Assembly (NCBI GenBank): GCA_964016885.1
Contig: OZ024744.1
Span: 100,006,001 to 100,070,000 of the forward strand
DNA length: 64,000 bases
DNA from: Eledone cirrhosa
Lineage: Eukaryota
Direction of reading: 5' to 3'
Shown one piece after another: positions 1-12,950 of the stretch. Within the stretch, counting starts at the first letter, position 1, and the number at the start of each line of letters is the position of its first letter. A model generated the notes under the pieces. That model was not told the origin of the DNA and searched no databases. It was given only the letters and a program-made list of their open reading frames with translations. Made by a program: the position numbers and the translations under genes.

Positions 1-129
1 GGTGGTGGGCATGGTTGGAGAGCTGTAAAGAAACAGTAGATGGTGGTAGTTGTAGCACTGTAAAACAGGGTGGTGGGCATGGTTGGAGAGCTGTAAAGAA
101 ACAATAGATGGTGGGAGTTGTAGCACTGT

Positions 130-3100
130 AAATCAGGGTGGTGGGCATGGTTGGAGAGCTGTAAAGAAACAATAGAAGGTGGTAGTTGTAGCACTGTAAA
201 ACAGGGTGGTGGGCATGGTTGGAGAGCTGTAAAGAGACAATAGATGGTGGGAGTTGTAGCACTGTAAAACAGGGTGGTGGGCATGGTTGGTGAGCTGTAA
301 AGAGACAATAGATCGTGGGAGTTGTAGCACTGTAAAACATGGTGGTGGGCATGGTTGGAGAGCTGTAAAGAAACAGTAGAAGGTGGTAGTTGTAGCACTG
401 TAAAACAAGGTGGTGCGCATGGTTGGAGAGCTGTAAAGAAACAATAGATGGTGGTAGTTGTAGCACTGTAAAACAGGGTGGTGAGCATGGTTGGAGAGCT
501 GTAAAGAGACAATAGATGGTGGTAGTTGTAGCAGTGTAAAACAGGGTGGTGGGCATGGTTGGAGAGCTGTAAAGAAACAATAGATGGTGGTAGTTGTAGT
601 ACTGTAAACCAGGGTGGTGGGCAGGGTTGGAGAGCTGTAAAGAGACAGTAGAAGGTGGTAGTTGTAGCACTGTAAAACATGGTGGTGGGCATGGTTGGAG
701 AGCTGTAAAGAGACAATAGATGGTGGTAGTTGAAGCACTGTAAAACAGGGTGGTGGGCATGGTTGGAGAGCTGTAAAGATAACAATAGATGGTGGTAGTT
801 GTAGCACTGTAAAACAGGGTGGTGGGCATGGTTGGAGAGCTGTAAAGAGACAGAGAAGGTGGGAGTTGTAGCACTGTAAGACAGGGTGGTGGGCATGGTT
901 GGAGAGCTGTAAAGAAACAATAGAAGGTGGGAGTTGTAGCACTGTAAAACAGGGTGGTGGGCATGGTTGGAGAGCTGTAAAGAGACAATAGATGGTGGTA
1001 GTTGTAGCACTGTAAAACAGGGTGGTGGGCATGGTTCGAGAGCTGTAAAGAGACAATAGAAGGTGGTAGTTGTAGCACTGTAAAACAGGGTGGTGGGCAT
1101 GGTTGGAGAGCTGTAAAGAGACAATAGATGGTGGTAGTTGTAGCACTGTAAAACAGGGTGGTGGGCATGGTTGGAGAGCTGTAAAGAGACAATAGATGGT
1201 GGTAGTTGTAGCACTGTAAAACAGGGCGGTGGGCATGGTTGGAGAGCTGTAAAGAAAAAGTAGAAGGTGGTAGTTGTAGCAGTGTAAAACAGGGTGGTGG
1301 GCATGGTTGGAGAGCTGTAAAGAGACAATAGATGGTGGCAGTTGTAGCAGTGTAAAACATGGTGGTGGGCATGGTTGGAGCGCTGTAAAGAGACAATAGA
1401 TGGTGGTAGTTGTAGCAGTGTAAAACAGGGTGGTGGGCATGGTTGGAGAGCTGTAAAGAGACAATAGATGGTGGTAGTTGTAGCACTGTAAACAGGGTGG
1501 TGGGCATGGTTGGAGAGCTGTAAAGAGACAGTAGATGGTAGTAGTTGTAGCACTGTAAAACATGGTGGTGGGCATGGTTGGAGAGCTGTAAAGAAACAAT
1601 AGAAGGTGGTAGTTGTAGCACTGGAAAACAGGGTGGTGGGCATGGTTGGAGAGCTGTAAAGATACAATAGAAGGTGGTAGTTGTAGCACTGTAAAACATG
1701 GTGGTGGGCATGGTTGGAGAGCTGTAAAGAAACAATAGAAGGTTGTAGTTGTAGCACTGTAAAACAGGGTGGTGGGCATGGTTGGAGAGCTGTAAAGAAA
1801 CAATAGATGGTGGGAGTTGTAACACTGTAAATCAGGGTGGTGGGCATGGTTGGAGAGCTGTAAAGAAACAATAGAAGGTGGTAGTTGTAGCACTGTAAAA
1901 CAGGGTGGTGGGCATGGTTGGAGAGCTGTAAAGAGACAATAGATGGTGGGAGTTGTAGCACTGTAAAACAGGGTGGTGGGCATGGTTGGAGAGCTGTAAA
2001 GAAACAGTAGATGGTGGTAGTTGTAGCACTGTAAAACATGGTGGTGGGCATGGTTGGAGAGCTGTAAAGAAACAGTAGAAGGTGGTAGTTGTAGCACTGT
2101 AAAACAAGGTGGTGCGCATGGTTGGAGAGCTGTAAAGAAACAATAGATGGTGGTAGTTGTAGCACTGTAAAACAGGGTGGTGAGCATGGTTGGAGAGCTG
2201 TAAAGAGACAATAGATGGTGGTAGTTGTAGCAGTGTAAAACAGGGTGGTGGGCATGGTTGGATAGCTGTAAAGAAACAATAGATGGTGGTAGTTGTAGTA
2301 CTGTAAACCAGGGTGGTGGGCATGGTTGGAGAGCTGTAAAGAGACAGTAGAAGGTGGTAGTTGTAGCACTGTAAAACATGGTGGTGGGCATGGTTGGAGA
2401 GCTGTAAAGAGACAATAGATGGTGGTAGTTGAAGCACTGTAAAACAGGGTGGTGGGCATGGTTGGAGAGCTGTAAAGATAACAATAGATGGTGGTAGTTG
2501 TAGCACTGTAAAACAGGGTGGTGGGCATGGTTGGAGAACTGTAAAGAGACAGTAGAAGGTGGGAGTTGTAGCACTGTAAGACAGGGTGGTGGGCATGGTT
2601 GGAGAGCTGTAAAGAAACAATAGATGGTGGTAGTTGTAGCACTGTAAAACAGGGTGGTGGGCATGGTTGGAGAGCTGTAAAGAAACAGTAGATGGTGGTA
2701 GATGTAGCACTGTAAAACAGGGTGGTGGGCATGGTTGGAGAGCTGTAAAGAAACAATAGAAGGTGGGAGTTGTAGCACTGTAAAACAGGGTGGTGGGCAT
2801 GGTTGGAGAGCTGTAAAGAGACAATAGATGGTGGTAGTTGTAGCACTGTAAAACAGGGTGGTGGGCATGGTTCGAGAGCTGTAAAGAGACAATAGAAGGT
2901 GGTAGTTGTAGCACTGTAAAACAGGGTGGTGGGCATGGTTGGAGAGCTGTAAAGAGACAATAGATGGTGGGAGTTGTAGCACTGTAAAACAGGGCGGTGG
3001 GCATGGTTGGAGAGCTGTAAAGAGACAGTAGATGGTGGTAGTTTGGTGCACTGTAAAACAGGGTGGTGGGCATGGTTGGAGAGCTGTAAAGAAACAATAG

Positions 3101-5300
3101 AAGGTGGTAGTTGTAGCTGTGTAAAACAGGGTGGTGGGCATGGTTGGAGAGCTGTAAAGAGACAATAGATGGTGGTAGTTGTAGCACTGTAAAACAGGGT
3201 GGTGGGCATGGTTGGAGAGCTGTAAAGAGACAATAGATGGTGGTAGTTGTAGCACTGTAAAACAGGGTGGTGGGCATGGTTTGAGAGCTGTAAAGAAACA
3301 ATAGATGGTGGTAGTTGTAGCACTGTAAAACAGGGTGGTGGGCATGGTTGGAGAGTTGTAAAGAGACAATAGATGGTGGTAGTTGTAGCACTGTAAAACA
3401 TGGTGGTGGGCATGGTTGGAGAGCTGTAAAGAAACAATAGAAGGTGGTAGTTGTAGCACTGGAAAACAGGGTGGTGGGCATGGTTGGAGAGTTGTAAAGA
3501 TACAATAGAAGGTGGTAGTTGTAGCACTGTAAAACATGGTGGTGGGCATGGTTGGAGAGCTGTAAAGAAACAATAGAAGGTGGTAGTTGTAGCACTGTAA
3601 AACAGGGTGGTGGGCATGGTTGGAGAGCTGTAAAGAAACAGTAGATGGTGGTAGTTGTAGCACTGTAAAACAGGGTGGTGGGCATGGTTGGAGAGCTGTA
3701 AAGAAACAATAGATGGTGGGAGTTGTAGCACTGTAAATCAGGGTGGTGGGCATGGTTGGAGAGCTGTAAAGAAACAATAGAAGGTGGTAGTTGTAGCACT
3801 GTAAAACAGGGTGGTGGGCATGGTTGGAGAGATGTAAAGAGACAATAGATGGTGGGAGTTGTAGCACTGTAAAACAGGGTGGTGGGCATGGTTGGTGAGC
3901 TGTAAAGAGACAATAGATCGTGGGAGTTGTAGCACTGTAAAACATGGTGGTGGGCATGGTTGGAGAGCTGTAAAGAAACAGTAGAAGGTGGTAGTTGTAG
4001 CACTGTAAAACAAGGTGGTGCGCATGGTTGGAGAGCTGTAAAGAAACAATAGATGGTGGTAGTTGTAGCACTGTAAAACAGGGTGGTGAGCATGGTTGGA
4101 GAGCTGTAAAGAGACAATAGATGGTGGTAGTTGTAGCAGTGTAAAACAGGGTGGTGGGCATGGTTGGAGAGCTGTAAAGAAACAATAGATGGTGGTAGTT
4201 GTAGTACTGTAAACCAGGGTGGTGGGCATGGTTGGAGAGCTGTAAAGAGACAGTAGAAGGTGGTAGTTGTAGCACTGTAAAACATGGTGGTGGGCATGGT
4301 TGGAGAGCTGTAAAGAGACAATAGATGGTGGTAGTTGAAGCACTGTAAAACAGGGTGGTGGGCATGGTTGGAGAGCTGTAAAGATAACAATAGATGGTGG
4401 TAGTTGTAGCACTGTAAAACAGGGTGGTGGGCATGGTTGGAGAACTGTAAAGAGACAGTAGAAGGTGGGAGTTGTAGCACTGTAAGACAGGGTGGTGGGC
4501 ATGGTTGGAGAGCTGTAAAGAAACAATAGATGGTGGTAGTTGTAGCACTGTAAAACAGGGTGGTGGGCATGGTTGGAGAGCTGTAAAGAAACAGTAGATG
4601 GTGGTAGATGTAGCACTGTAAAACAGGGTGGTGGGCATGGTTGGAGAGCTGTAAAGAAACAATAGAAGGTGGGAGTTGTAGCACTGTAAAACAGGGTGGT
4701 GGGCATGGTTGGAGAGCTGTAAAGAGACAATAGATGGTGGTAGTTGTAGCACTGTAAAACAGGGTGGTGGGCATGGTTCGAGAGCTGTAAAGAGACAATA
4801 GAAGGTGGTAGTTGTAGCACTGTAAAACAGGGTGGTGGGCATGGTTGGAGAGCTGTAAAGAGACAATAGATGGTGGTAGTTGTAGTACTGTAAAACAGGG
4901 CGGTGGGCATGGTTGGAGAGCTGTAAAGAGACAGTAGATGGTGGTAGTTTGGTGCACTGTAAAACAGGGTGGTGGGCATGGTTGGAAAGCTGTAAAGAAA
5001 CAATAGAAGGTGGTAGTTGTAGCTGTGTAAAACAGGGTGGTGGGCATGGTTGGAGAGCTGTAAAGAGACAATAGATGGTGGTAGTTGTAGCACTGTAAAA
5101 CAGGGTGGTGGGCATGGTTGGAGAGCTGTAAAGAGACAATAGATGGTGGTAGTTGTAGCACTGTAAAACAGGGTGGTGGGCATGGTTTGAGAGCTGTAAA
5201 GAAACAATAGATGGTGGTAGTTGTAGCACTGTAAAACAGGGTGGTGGGCATGGTTGGAGAGCTGTAAAGAGACAGTAGATGGTGGTAGTTGTAGTACTGT
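130..5300 (+). repeat. Three imperfect tandem copies of a ~25-28-monomer higher-order unit
   Basis: The marker aaatcagg is at 133, 1832 and 3738 (offsets 1699 = 25x68-1 and 1906 = 28x68+2). The markers ggtgcgcat, ggtgagcat, taaaccag, gttgaagc, gataaca, taagacag and ggttcgag recur in the same order in each copy. Confidence 0.85.
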
Positions 5301-6149
5301 AAAACATGGTGGTGGGCATGGTTGGAGAGCTGTAAAGATAACAATAGATGGTGGTAGTTGTAGCACTGTAAAACATGGTGGTGGGCATGGTTGGAGAGCT
5401 GTAAAGAAACAGTAGATGGTGGTAGTTGTAGCACTGTAAAACAAGGTGGTGGGCATGGTTGGAGAGCTGTAAAGAGACAATAGAAGGTGGTAGTTGTAGC
5501 ACTGTAAAACAAGGTGGTGGGCATGGTTGGAGAGCTGTAAAGAAACAATAGATGGTGGTAGTTGTAGCACTGTAAAACAGGGTGGTGGGCATGGTTGGAG
5601 AGATGTAAAGAAACAGTAGAAGGTGGTAGTTGTAGCGCTGTAAAACAGGGTGGTGGGCATGGTTGGAGAGCTGTAAAGAAACAGTAGATGGTGGTAGTTG
5701 TAACACTGTAAAACAGGGTGGTGGGCATGGTTTGAGAGCTGTAAAGAAACAATAGATGGTGGTAGTTGTAACACTGTAAAACAGGGTGGTGGGCATGGTT
5801 GGAGAGCTGTAAAGAGACAATAGATGGTGGTAGTTGTAGCGCTGTAAAACAGGGTGGTGGGCTTGGTTGGAGAGCTGTAAAGAAACAGTAGATGGTGGTA
5901 GTCGTAGCACTGTAAAACAAGGTGGTGGGCATGGTTGGAGAGCTGTAAAGAGACAATAGAAGGTGGTAGTTGTAGCACTGTAAAACAAGGTGGTGGGCAT
6001 GGTTGGAGAGCTGTAAAGAAACAATAGAAGGTGGTAGTTGTAGCACTGTAAAACAGGGTGGTGGGCATGGTTGGAGAGCTGTAAAGAAACAGTAGATGGT
6101 GGTAGTTGTAGCACTGTAAAACAGGGTGGTGGGCATGGTTGGAGAGCTG

Positions 6150-9100
6150 TAAAGAAACAATAGATGGTGGTAGTTGTAGCTCTGTAAAACAGGGTGGTGG
6201 GCATGGTTGGAGAGCTGTAAAGAGACAATAGATGGTGGTAGTTGTAGTACTGTAAAACAGGGTGGTGGGCATGGTTGGAGAGCTGTAAAGAAACAATAGA
6301 TGGTGGTAGCTGTAGCAGTGTAAAACATGGTGGTGGGCATGGTTGGAGAGCTGTAAAGAGACAATAGATGGTGGTAGTTGTAGCACTGTAAAACAGGGTG
6401 GTGGGCATGGTTGGAGGGCTATAAAGAAACAGTAGATGGTGGTAGTTGTAGTACTGTAAAAGATGGTGGTGGGCATGGTTGGAGAGCTGTAAAGAAACAA
6501 TAGAAGGTGGTAGTTGTAGCAGTGTAAAACAGGGTGGTGGGCATGGTTGGAGAGCTGTAAAGAGACAATAGATGGTGGTAGTTGTAGCACTGTAAAACAT
6601 GGTGGTGGGCATGGTTGGAGAGCTGTAAAGAAACAATAGATGGTGGTAGTTGTAACACTGTAAAACAGGGTGGTGGGCATGGTTGGAGAGCTGTAAAGAA
6701 ACAATAGATGGTGGTAGTTGTAGCACTGTAAAACAGGGTGGTGGGCATGGTTGGAGAGCTGTAAAGAGACAATAGATGGTGGTAGTTGTAGTACTGTAAA
6801 ACAGGGTGGTGGGCATGGTTGGAGAGCTGTAAAGAAACAATAGATGGTGGTAGCTGTAGCAGTGTAAAACATGGTGGTGGGCATGGTTGGAGAGCTGTAA
6901 AGAGACAATAGATGGTGGTAGTTGTAGTACTGTAAAACAGGGTGGTGGGCATGGTTGGAGAGCTGTAAAGAAACAATAGATGGTGGGAGTTGTAGCACTG
7001 TAAAACAGGGTGGTGGGCATGGTTGGAGAGCTGTAAAGAAACAGTAGAAGGTGGTAGTTGTAGCACTGTAAAACAGGGTGTTGGTCATGGTTGGAGAGCT
7101 GTAAAGAGACAATAGATGGTGGTAGTTGTAGTACTGTAAAACAGGGTGGTGGGCATGGTTGGAGAGCTGTAAAGAAACAATAGATGGTGGTAGTTGTAGC
7201 AGTGTAAAACATGGTGATGGGCATGGTTGGAGAGCTGTAAAGAGACAATAGATGGTGGTAGTTGTAGCACTCTAAAACAGGGTGGTGGGCATTGTTGGAG
7301 AGCTGTAAAGAGACAGTAGATGGTGGTAGTTGTAGCACTGTAAAACAGGGTGGTGGGCCTGGTTGGAGAGCTGTAAAGATAACAATAGATGGTGGTAGTT
7401 GTAGCACTGTAAAACATGGTGGTGGGCATGGTTGGAGAGCTGTAAAGAAACAGTAGATGGTGGGAGTTGTAGCACTGTAAAACAGGGTGGTGGGCATGGT
7501 TGGAGAGCTGTAAAGAAACAGTAGAAGGTGTTAGTTGTAGCACTGTAAAACAGGGTGGTGGGCATGGTTGGAGAGCTGTAAAGAAACAATAGATGGTGGT
7601 AGTTGTAGCACTGTAAAACAGGGTGGTGGGCATGGTTGGAGAGCTGTAAAGAGACAATAGATGGTGGTAGTTGTAGCACTGTCAAACAGGGTGGTGGGCA
7701 TGGTTGGAGAGCTGTAAAGAAACAATAGATGGTGGTAGTTGTAGCATAGTAAAACAGGTTGGTGGGCATGATTGGAGAGCTGTAAAGAAACAATAGATGG
7801 TGGTTGTTGTAGTACTGTAAAACAGGGTGGTGGGCATGGTTGGAGAGCTGTAAAGAGACAGTAGATGGTGGTAGTTGTAGCACTGTAAAACAGGGTGGTG
7901 GGCATGGTTGGAGAGCTGTAAAGAAACAATAGATGGTGGTAGTTGTAGTACTGTAAAACATGGTGGTGGGCATGGTTGGAGAGCTGTAAAGAAACAATAG
8001 AAGGTGGTAGTTGTAGCAGTGTAAAACAGGGTGGTGGGCATGGTTGGAGAGCTGTAAAGAGACAATAGATGGTGGTAGTTGTAGCACTGTAAAACATGGT
8101 GGTGGGCATGGTTGGAGAGCTGTAAAGAAACAATAGATGGTGGTAGTTGTAACACTGTAAAACAGGGTGGTGGGCATGGTTGGAGAGCTGTAAAGAAACA
8201 ATAGAAGGTGGTAGTTGTAGCACTGTAAAGAGACAGTAGATGGTGGTAGTTGTAGCAGTGTAAAACAGGGTGGTGGGCATGGTTGGAGAACTGTAAAGAA
8301 ACAATAGAAGGTGGTAGTTGTAGCAGTGTAAAACAGGGTGGTGGGCATGGTTGGAGAGCTGTAAAGAGACAATAGATGGTGGTAGTTGTAGCACTGTAAA
8401 ACAGGGTGGTGGGCATGGTTGGAGAGCTGTAAAGAGACAGTAGATGGTGGTAGTTGTAGCACTGTAAAACAGGGTGGTGGGCATGGTTGGAGAGCTGTAA
8501 AGAAACAGTAGATGGTGGTAGTTGTAGCACTGTAAAACATGGTGGTGGGCATGGTTGGAGAGCTGTAAAGAAACAGTAGATGGTGGTAGTTGTAGCACTG
8601 TAAAACAAGGTGGTGGGCATGGTTGGAGAGCTGTAAAGAGACAATAGAAGGTGGTAGTTGTAGCACTGTAAAACAAGGTGGTGGGCATGGTTGGAGAGCT
8701 GTAAAGAAACAATAGATGGTGGTAGTTGTAGCACTGTAAAACAGGGTGGTGGGCATGGTTGGAGAGCTGTAAAGAAACAGTAGAAGGTGGTAGTTGTAGC
8801 ACTGTAAAACAGGGTGGTGGGCATGGTTCGAGAGCTGTAAAGAAACAGTAGAAGGTGGTAGTTGTAGCACTGTAAAACAGGGTGGTGGGCATGGTTGGAG
8901 AGCTGTAAAGAAACAATAGATGGTGGTAGTTGTAGCACTGTAAAACAGGGTGGTGGGCAGGGTTGGAGAGCTGTAAAGAGACAATAGATGGTGGTAGTTG
9001 TAGCACTGTAAATCAGGGTGGTGGGCATGGTTGGAGAGCTGTAAAGAAACAATAGATGGTGGTAGTTGTAGCACTGTAAAACAGGGTGGTGGGCATGGTT

Positions 9101-12100
9101 GGAGAGCTGTAAAGAAACAGTAGAAGGTGGTAGTTGTAGCACTGTAAAACAGGGTGGTGGGCATGGTTGGAGAGCTGTAAAGAAACAATAGATGGTGGTA
9201 GTTGTAGCACTGTAAAACAGGGTGGTGGGCATGGTTGGAGAGCTGTAAAGAAACAGTAGAAGGTGGTAGTTGTAGCACTGTAAAACAGGGTGGTGGGCAT
9301 GGTTGGAGAGCTGTAAAGAAACAATAGATGGTGGTTGTTGTAGCACTGTAAAACAGGGTGGTGGGCATGGTTGGAGAGCTGTAAAGAAACAATAGATGGT
9401 GGTAGTTGTAGCACTGTAAAACAGGGTGGTGGGCATGGTTGGAGAGCTGTAAAGAGACAATAGATGGTGGTAGTTGTAGCTCTGTAAAACAGGATGGTGG
9501 GCATGGTTGGAGAGCTGTAAAGAGACAATAGATGGTGGTAGTTGTAGTACTGTAAAACAGGGTGGTGGGCATGGTTGGAGAGCTGTAAAGAAACAATAGA
9601 TGGTGGTAGCTGTAGCAGTGTAAAACATGGTGGTGGGCATGGTTGGAGAGCTGTAAAGAGACAATAGATGGTGGTAGTTGTAGCACTGTAAAACAGGGTG
9701 GTGGGCATGGTTGGAGAGCTATAAAGAAACAGTAGATGGTGGTAGTTGTAGTACTGTAAAACATGGTGGTGCGCATGGTTGGAGAGCTGTAAAGAAACAA
9801 TAGATGGTGGTAGTTGTAACACTGTAAAACAGGGTGGTGGGCATGGTTGGAGAGCTGTAAAGAAACAATACATGGTGGTAGTTGTAGCACTGTAAAACAG
9901 GGTGGTGGGCATGGTTGGAGAGCTGTAAAGAGACAATAGATGGTGGTAGTTGTAGTACTGTAAAACAGGGTGGTGGGCATGGTTGGAGAGCTGTAAAGAA
10001 ACAATAGATGGTGGTAGCTGTAGCAGTGTAAAACATGGTGGTGGGCATGGTTGGAGAGCTGTAAAGAGACAATAGATGGTGGTAGTTGTAGTACTGTAAA
10101 ACAGGGTGGTGGGCATGGTTGGAGAGCTGTAAAGAAACAATAGATGGTGGGAGTTGTAGCACTGTAAAACAGGGTGGTGGGCATGGTTGGAGAGCTGTAA
10201 AGAAACAGTAGAAGGTGGTAGTTGTAGCACTGTAAAACAGGGTGTTGGTCATGGTTGGAGAGCTGTAAAGAGACAATAGATGGTGGTAGTTGTAGTACTG
10301 TAAAACAGGGTGGTGGGCATGGTTGGAGAGCTGTAAAGAAACAATAGATGGTGGTAGTTGTAGCAGTGTAAAACATGGTGATGGGCATGGTTGGAGAGCT
10401 GTAAAGAGACAATAGATGGTGGTAGTTGTAGCACTCTAAAACAGGGTGGTGGGCATTGTTGGAGAGCTGTAAAGAGACAGTAGATGGTGGTAGTTGTAGC
10501 ACTGTAAAACAGGGTGGTGGGCCTGGTTGGAGAGCTGTAAAGATAACAATAGATGGTGGTAGTTGTAGCACTGTAAAACATGGTGGTGGGCATGGTTGGA
10601 GAGCTGTAAAGAAACAGTAGATGGTGGGAGTTGTAGCACTGTAAAACAGGGTGGTGGGCATGGTTGGAGAGCTGTAAAGAAACAGTAGAAGGTGGTAGTT
10701 GTAGCACTGTAAAACAGGGTGGTGGGCATGGTTGGAGAGCTGTAAAGAAACAATAGATGGTGGTAGTTGTAGCACTGTAAAACAGGGTGGTGGGCATGGT
10801 TGGAGAGCTGTAAAGAGACAATAGATGGTGGTAGTTGTAGCACTGTAAAACAGGGTGCTGGGCATGGTTGGAGAGCTGTATAGAGACAGTAGATGGTGGT
10901 AGTTGTAGCACTGTAAAACAGGGTGGTGGGCATGGTTGGAGAGCTGTAAAGAGACAATAGATGGTGGTAGTTGTAGCACTGTAAAACAGGGTGGTGGGCA
11001 TGGTTGGAGAGCTGTAAAGAGACAATAGATGGTGGTAGTTGTAGCACTGTAAAACAGGGTGGTGGGCATGGTTGGAGAGCTGTAAAGAGACAATAGATGG
11101 TGGTAGTTGTAGCACTGTCAAACAGGGTGGTGGGCATGGTTGGAGAGCTGTAAAGAAACAATAGATGGTGGTAGTTGTAGCATAGTAAAACAGGTTGGTG
11201 GGCATGATTGGAGAGCTGTAAAGAAACAATAGATGGTGGTTGTTGTAGTACTGTAAAACAGGGTGGTGGGCATGGTTGGAGAGCTGTAAAGAGACAGTAG
11301 ATGGTGGTAGTTGTAGCACTGTAAAACAGGGTGGTGGGCATGGTTGGAGAGCTGTAAAGAAACAGTAGATGGTGGTAGTTGTAGTACTGTAAAACATGGT
11401 GGTGGGCATGGTTGGAGAGCTGTAAAGAAACAATAGAAGGTGGTAGTTGTAGCAGTGTAAAACAGGGTGGTGGGCATGGTTGGAGAGCTGTAAAGAGACA
11501 ATAGATGGTGGTAGTTGTAGCACTGTAAAACATGGTGGTGGGCATGGTTGGAGAGCTGTAAAGAAACAATAGATGGTGGTAGTTGTAACACTGTAAAACA
11601 GGGTGGTGGGCATGGTTGGAGAGCTGTAAAGAAACAATAGAAGGTGGTAGTTGTAGCACTTTAAAGAGACAGTAGATGGTGGTAGTTGTAGCAGTGTAAA
11701 ACAGGGTGGTGGGCATGGTTGGAGAGCTGTAAAGAAACAATAGAAGGTGGTAGTTGTAGCAGTGTAAAACAGGGTGGTGGGCATGGTTGGAGAGCTGTAA
11801 AGAGACAATAGATGGTGGTAGTTGTAGCACCGTAAAACAGGGTGGTGGGCATGGTTGGAGAGCTGTAAAGAGACAGTAGATGGTGGTAGTTGTAGCACTG
11901 TAAGACAGGGTGGTGGGCATGGCTGGAGAGCTGTAAAGAAACAGTAGATGGTGGTAGTTGTAGTACTGTAAAACATGGTGGTGGGCATGGTTGGAGAGCT
12001 GTAAAGATAACAATAGATGGTGGTAGTTGTAGCACTGTAAAACATGGTGGTGGGCATGGTTGGAGAGCTGTAAAGAAACAGTAGATGGTGGTAGTTGTAG

Positions 12101-12950
12101 CACTGTAAAACAAGGTGGTGGGCATGGTTGGAGAGCTGTAAAGAGACAATAGAAGGTGGTAGTTGTAGCACTGTAAAACAAGATGGTGGGCATGGTTGGA
12201 GAGCTGTAAAGAAACAATAGATGGTGGTAGTTGTAGCACTGTAAAACAGGGTGGTGGGCATGGTTGGAGAGCTGTAAAGAAACAGTAGAAGGTGGTAGTT
12301 GTAGCACTGTAAAACAGGGTGGTGGGCATGGTTCGAGAGCTGTAAAGAAACAGTAGAAGGTGGTAGTTGTAGCACTGTAAAACAGGGTGGTGGGCATGGT
12401 TGGAGAACTGTAAAGAAACAATAGATGGTGGTAGTTGTAGCACTGTAAAACAGGGTGGTGGGCAGGGTTGGAGAGCTGTAAAGAGACAATAGATGGTGGT
12501 AGTTGTAGCACTGTAAATCAGGGTGGTGGGCATGGTTGGAGAGCTGTAAAGAAACAATAGATGGTGGTAGTTGTAGCACTGTAAAACAGGGTGGTGGGCA
12601 TGGTTGGAGAGCTGTAAAGAAACAGTAGAAGGTGGTAGTTGTAGCACTGTAAAACAGGGTGGTGGGCATGGTTGGAGAGCTGTAAAGAAGCAATAGATGG
12701 TGGTAGTTGTAGCACTGTAAAACAGGGTGGTGGGCATGGTTGGAGAGCTGTAAAGAAACAGTAGAAGGTGGTAGTTGTAGCACTGTAAAACAGGGTGGTG
12801 GGCATGGTTGGAGAGCTGTAAAGAAACAATAGATGGTGGTAGTTGTAGCACTGTAAAACAGGGTGGTGGGCATGGTTGGAGAGCTGTAAAGAAACAATAG
12901 ATGGTGGTAGTTGTAGCACTGTAAAACAGGGTGGTGGGCATGGTTGGAGA
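6150..12950 (+). repeat. Tandem duplication of a ~3.2-3.5 kb block (~47-52 monomers) with whole-monomer indels
   Basis: Paired markers: gctataaag 6419/9719 (offset 3300); ttggtcatgg 7085/10249 and ctctaaaa 7272/10436 (3164); gtcaaac 7681/11117 and the 33-bp deletion 8221/11657 (3436); aaatcagg 9013/12518 (3505). The offsets differ by multiples of 68 (+1). Confidence 0.85.

Noticed and set aside
1-68. Primate beta (68-bp Sau3A) satellite
   Set aside because: Only the length matches. The consensus lacks the GATC site and, from memory, shows no resemblance to the beta satellite consensus. A Dfam search would be decisive.
56-95. V(D)J RSS heptamer-like CACTGTA/TACAGTG
   Set aside because: No ACAAAAACC-like nonamer lies at 12- or 23-bp spacing, and the minus-strand version lacks the essential CAC.
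845-1495. Single-base deletions at ~853 (cagagaagg) and ~1490 (ctgtaaacagg) as meaningful events
   Set aside because: These are singletons in their context and could be consensus errors. By contrast, the ctgtaaacagg deletion at ~33946, 44697, 55232 and 61423 recurs in a paralogous context and is probably real.
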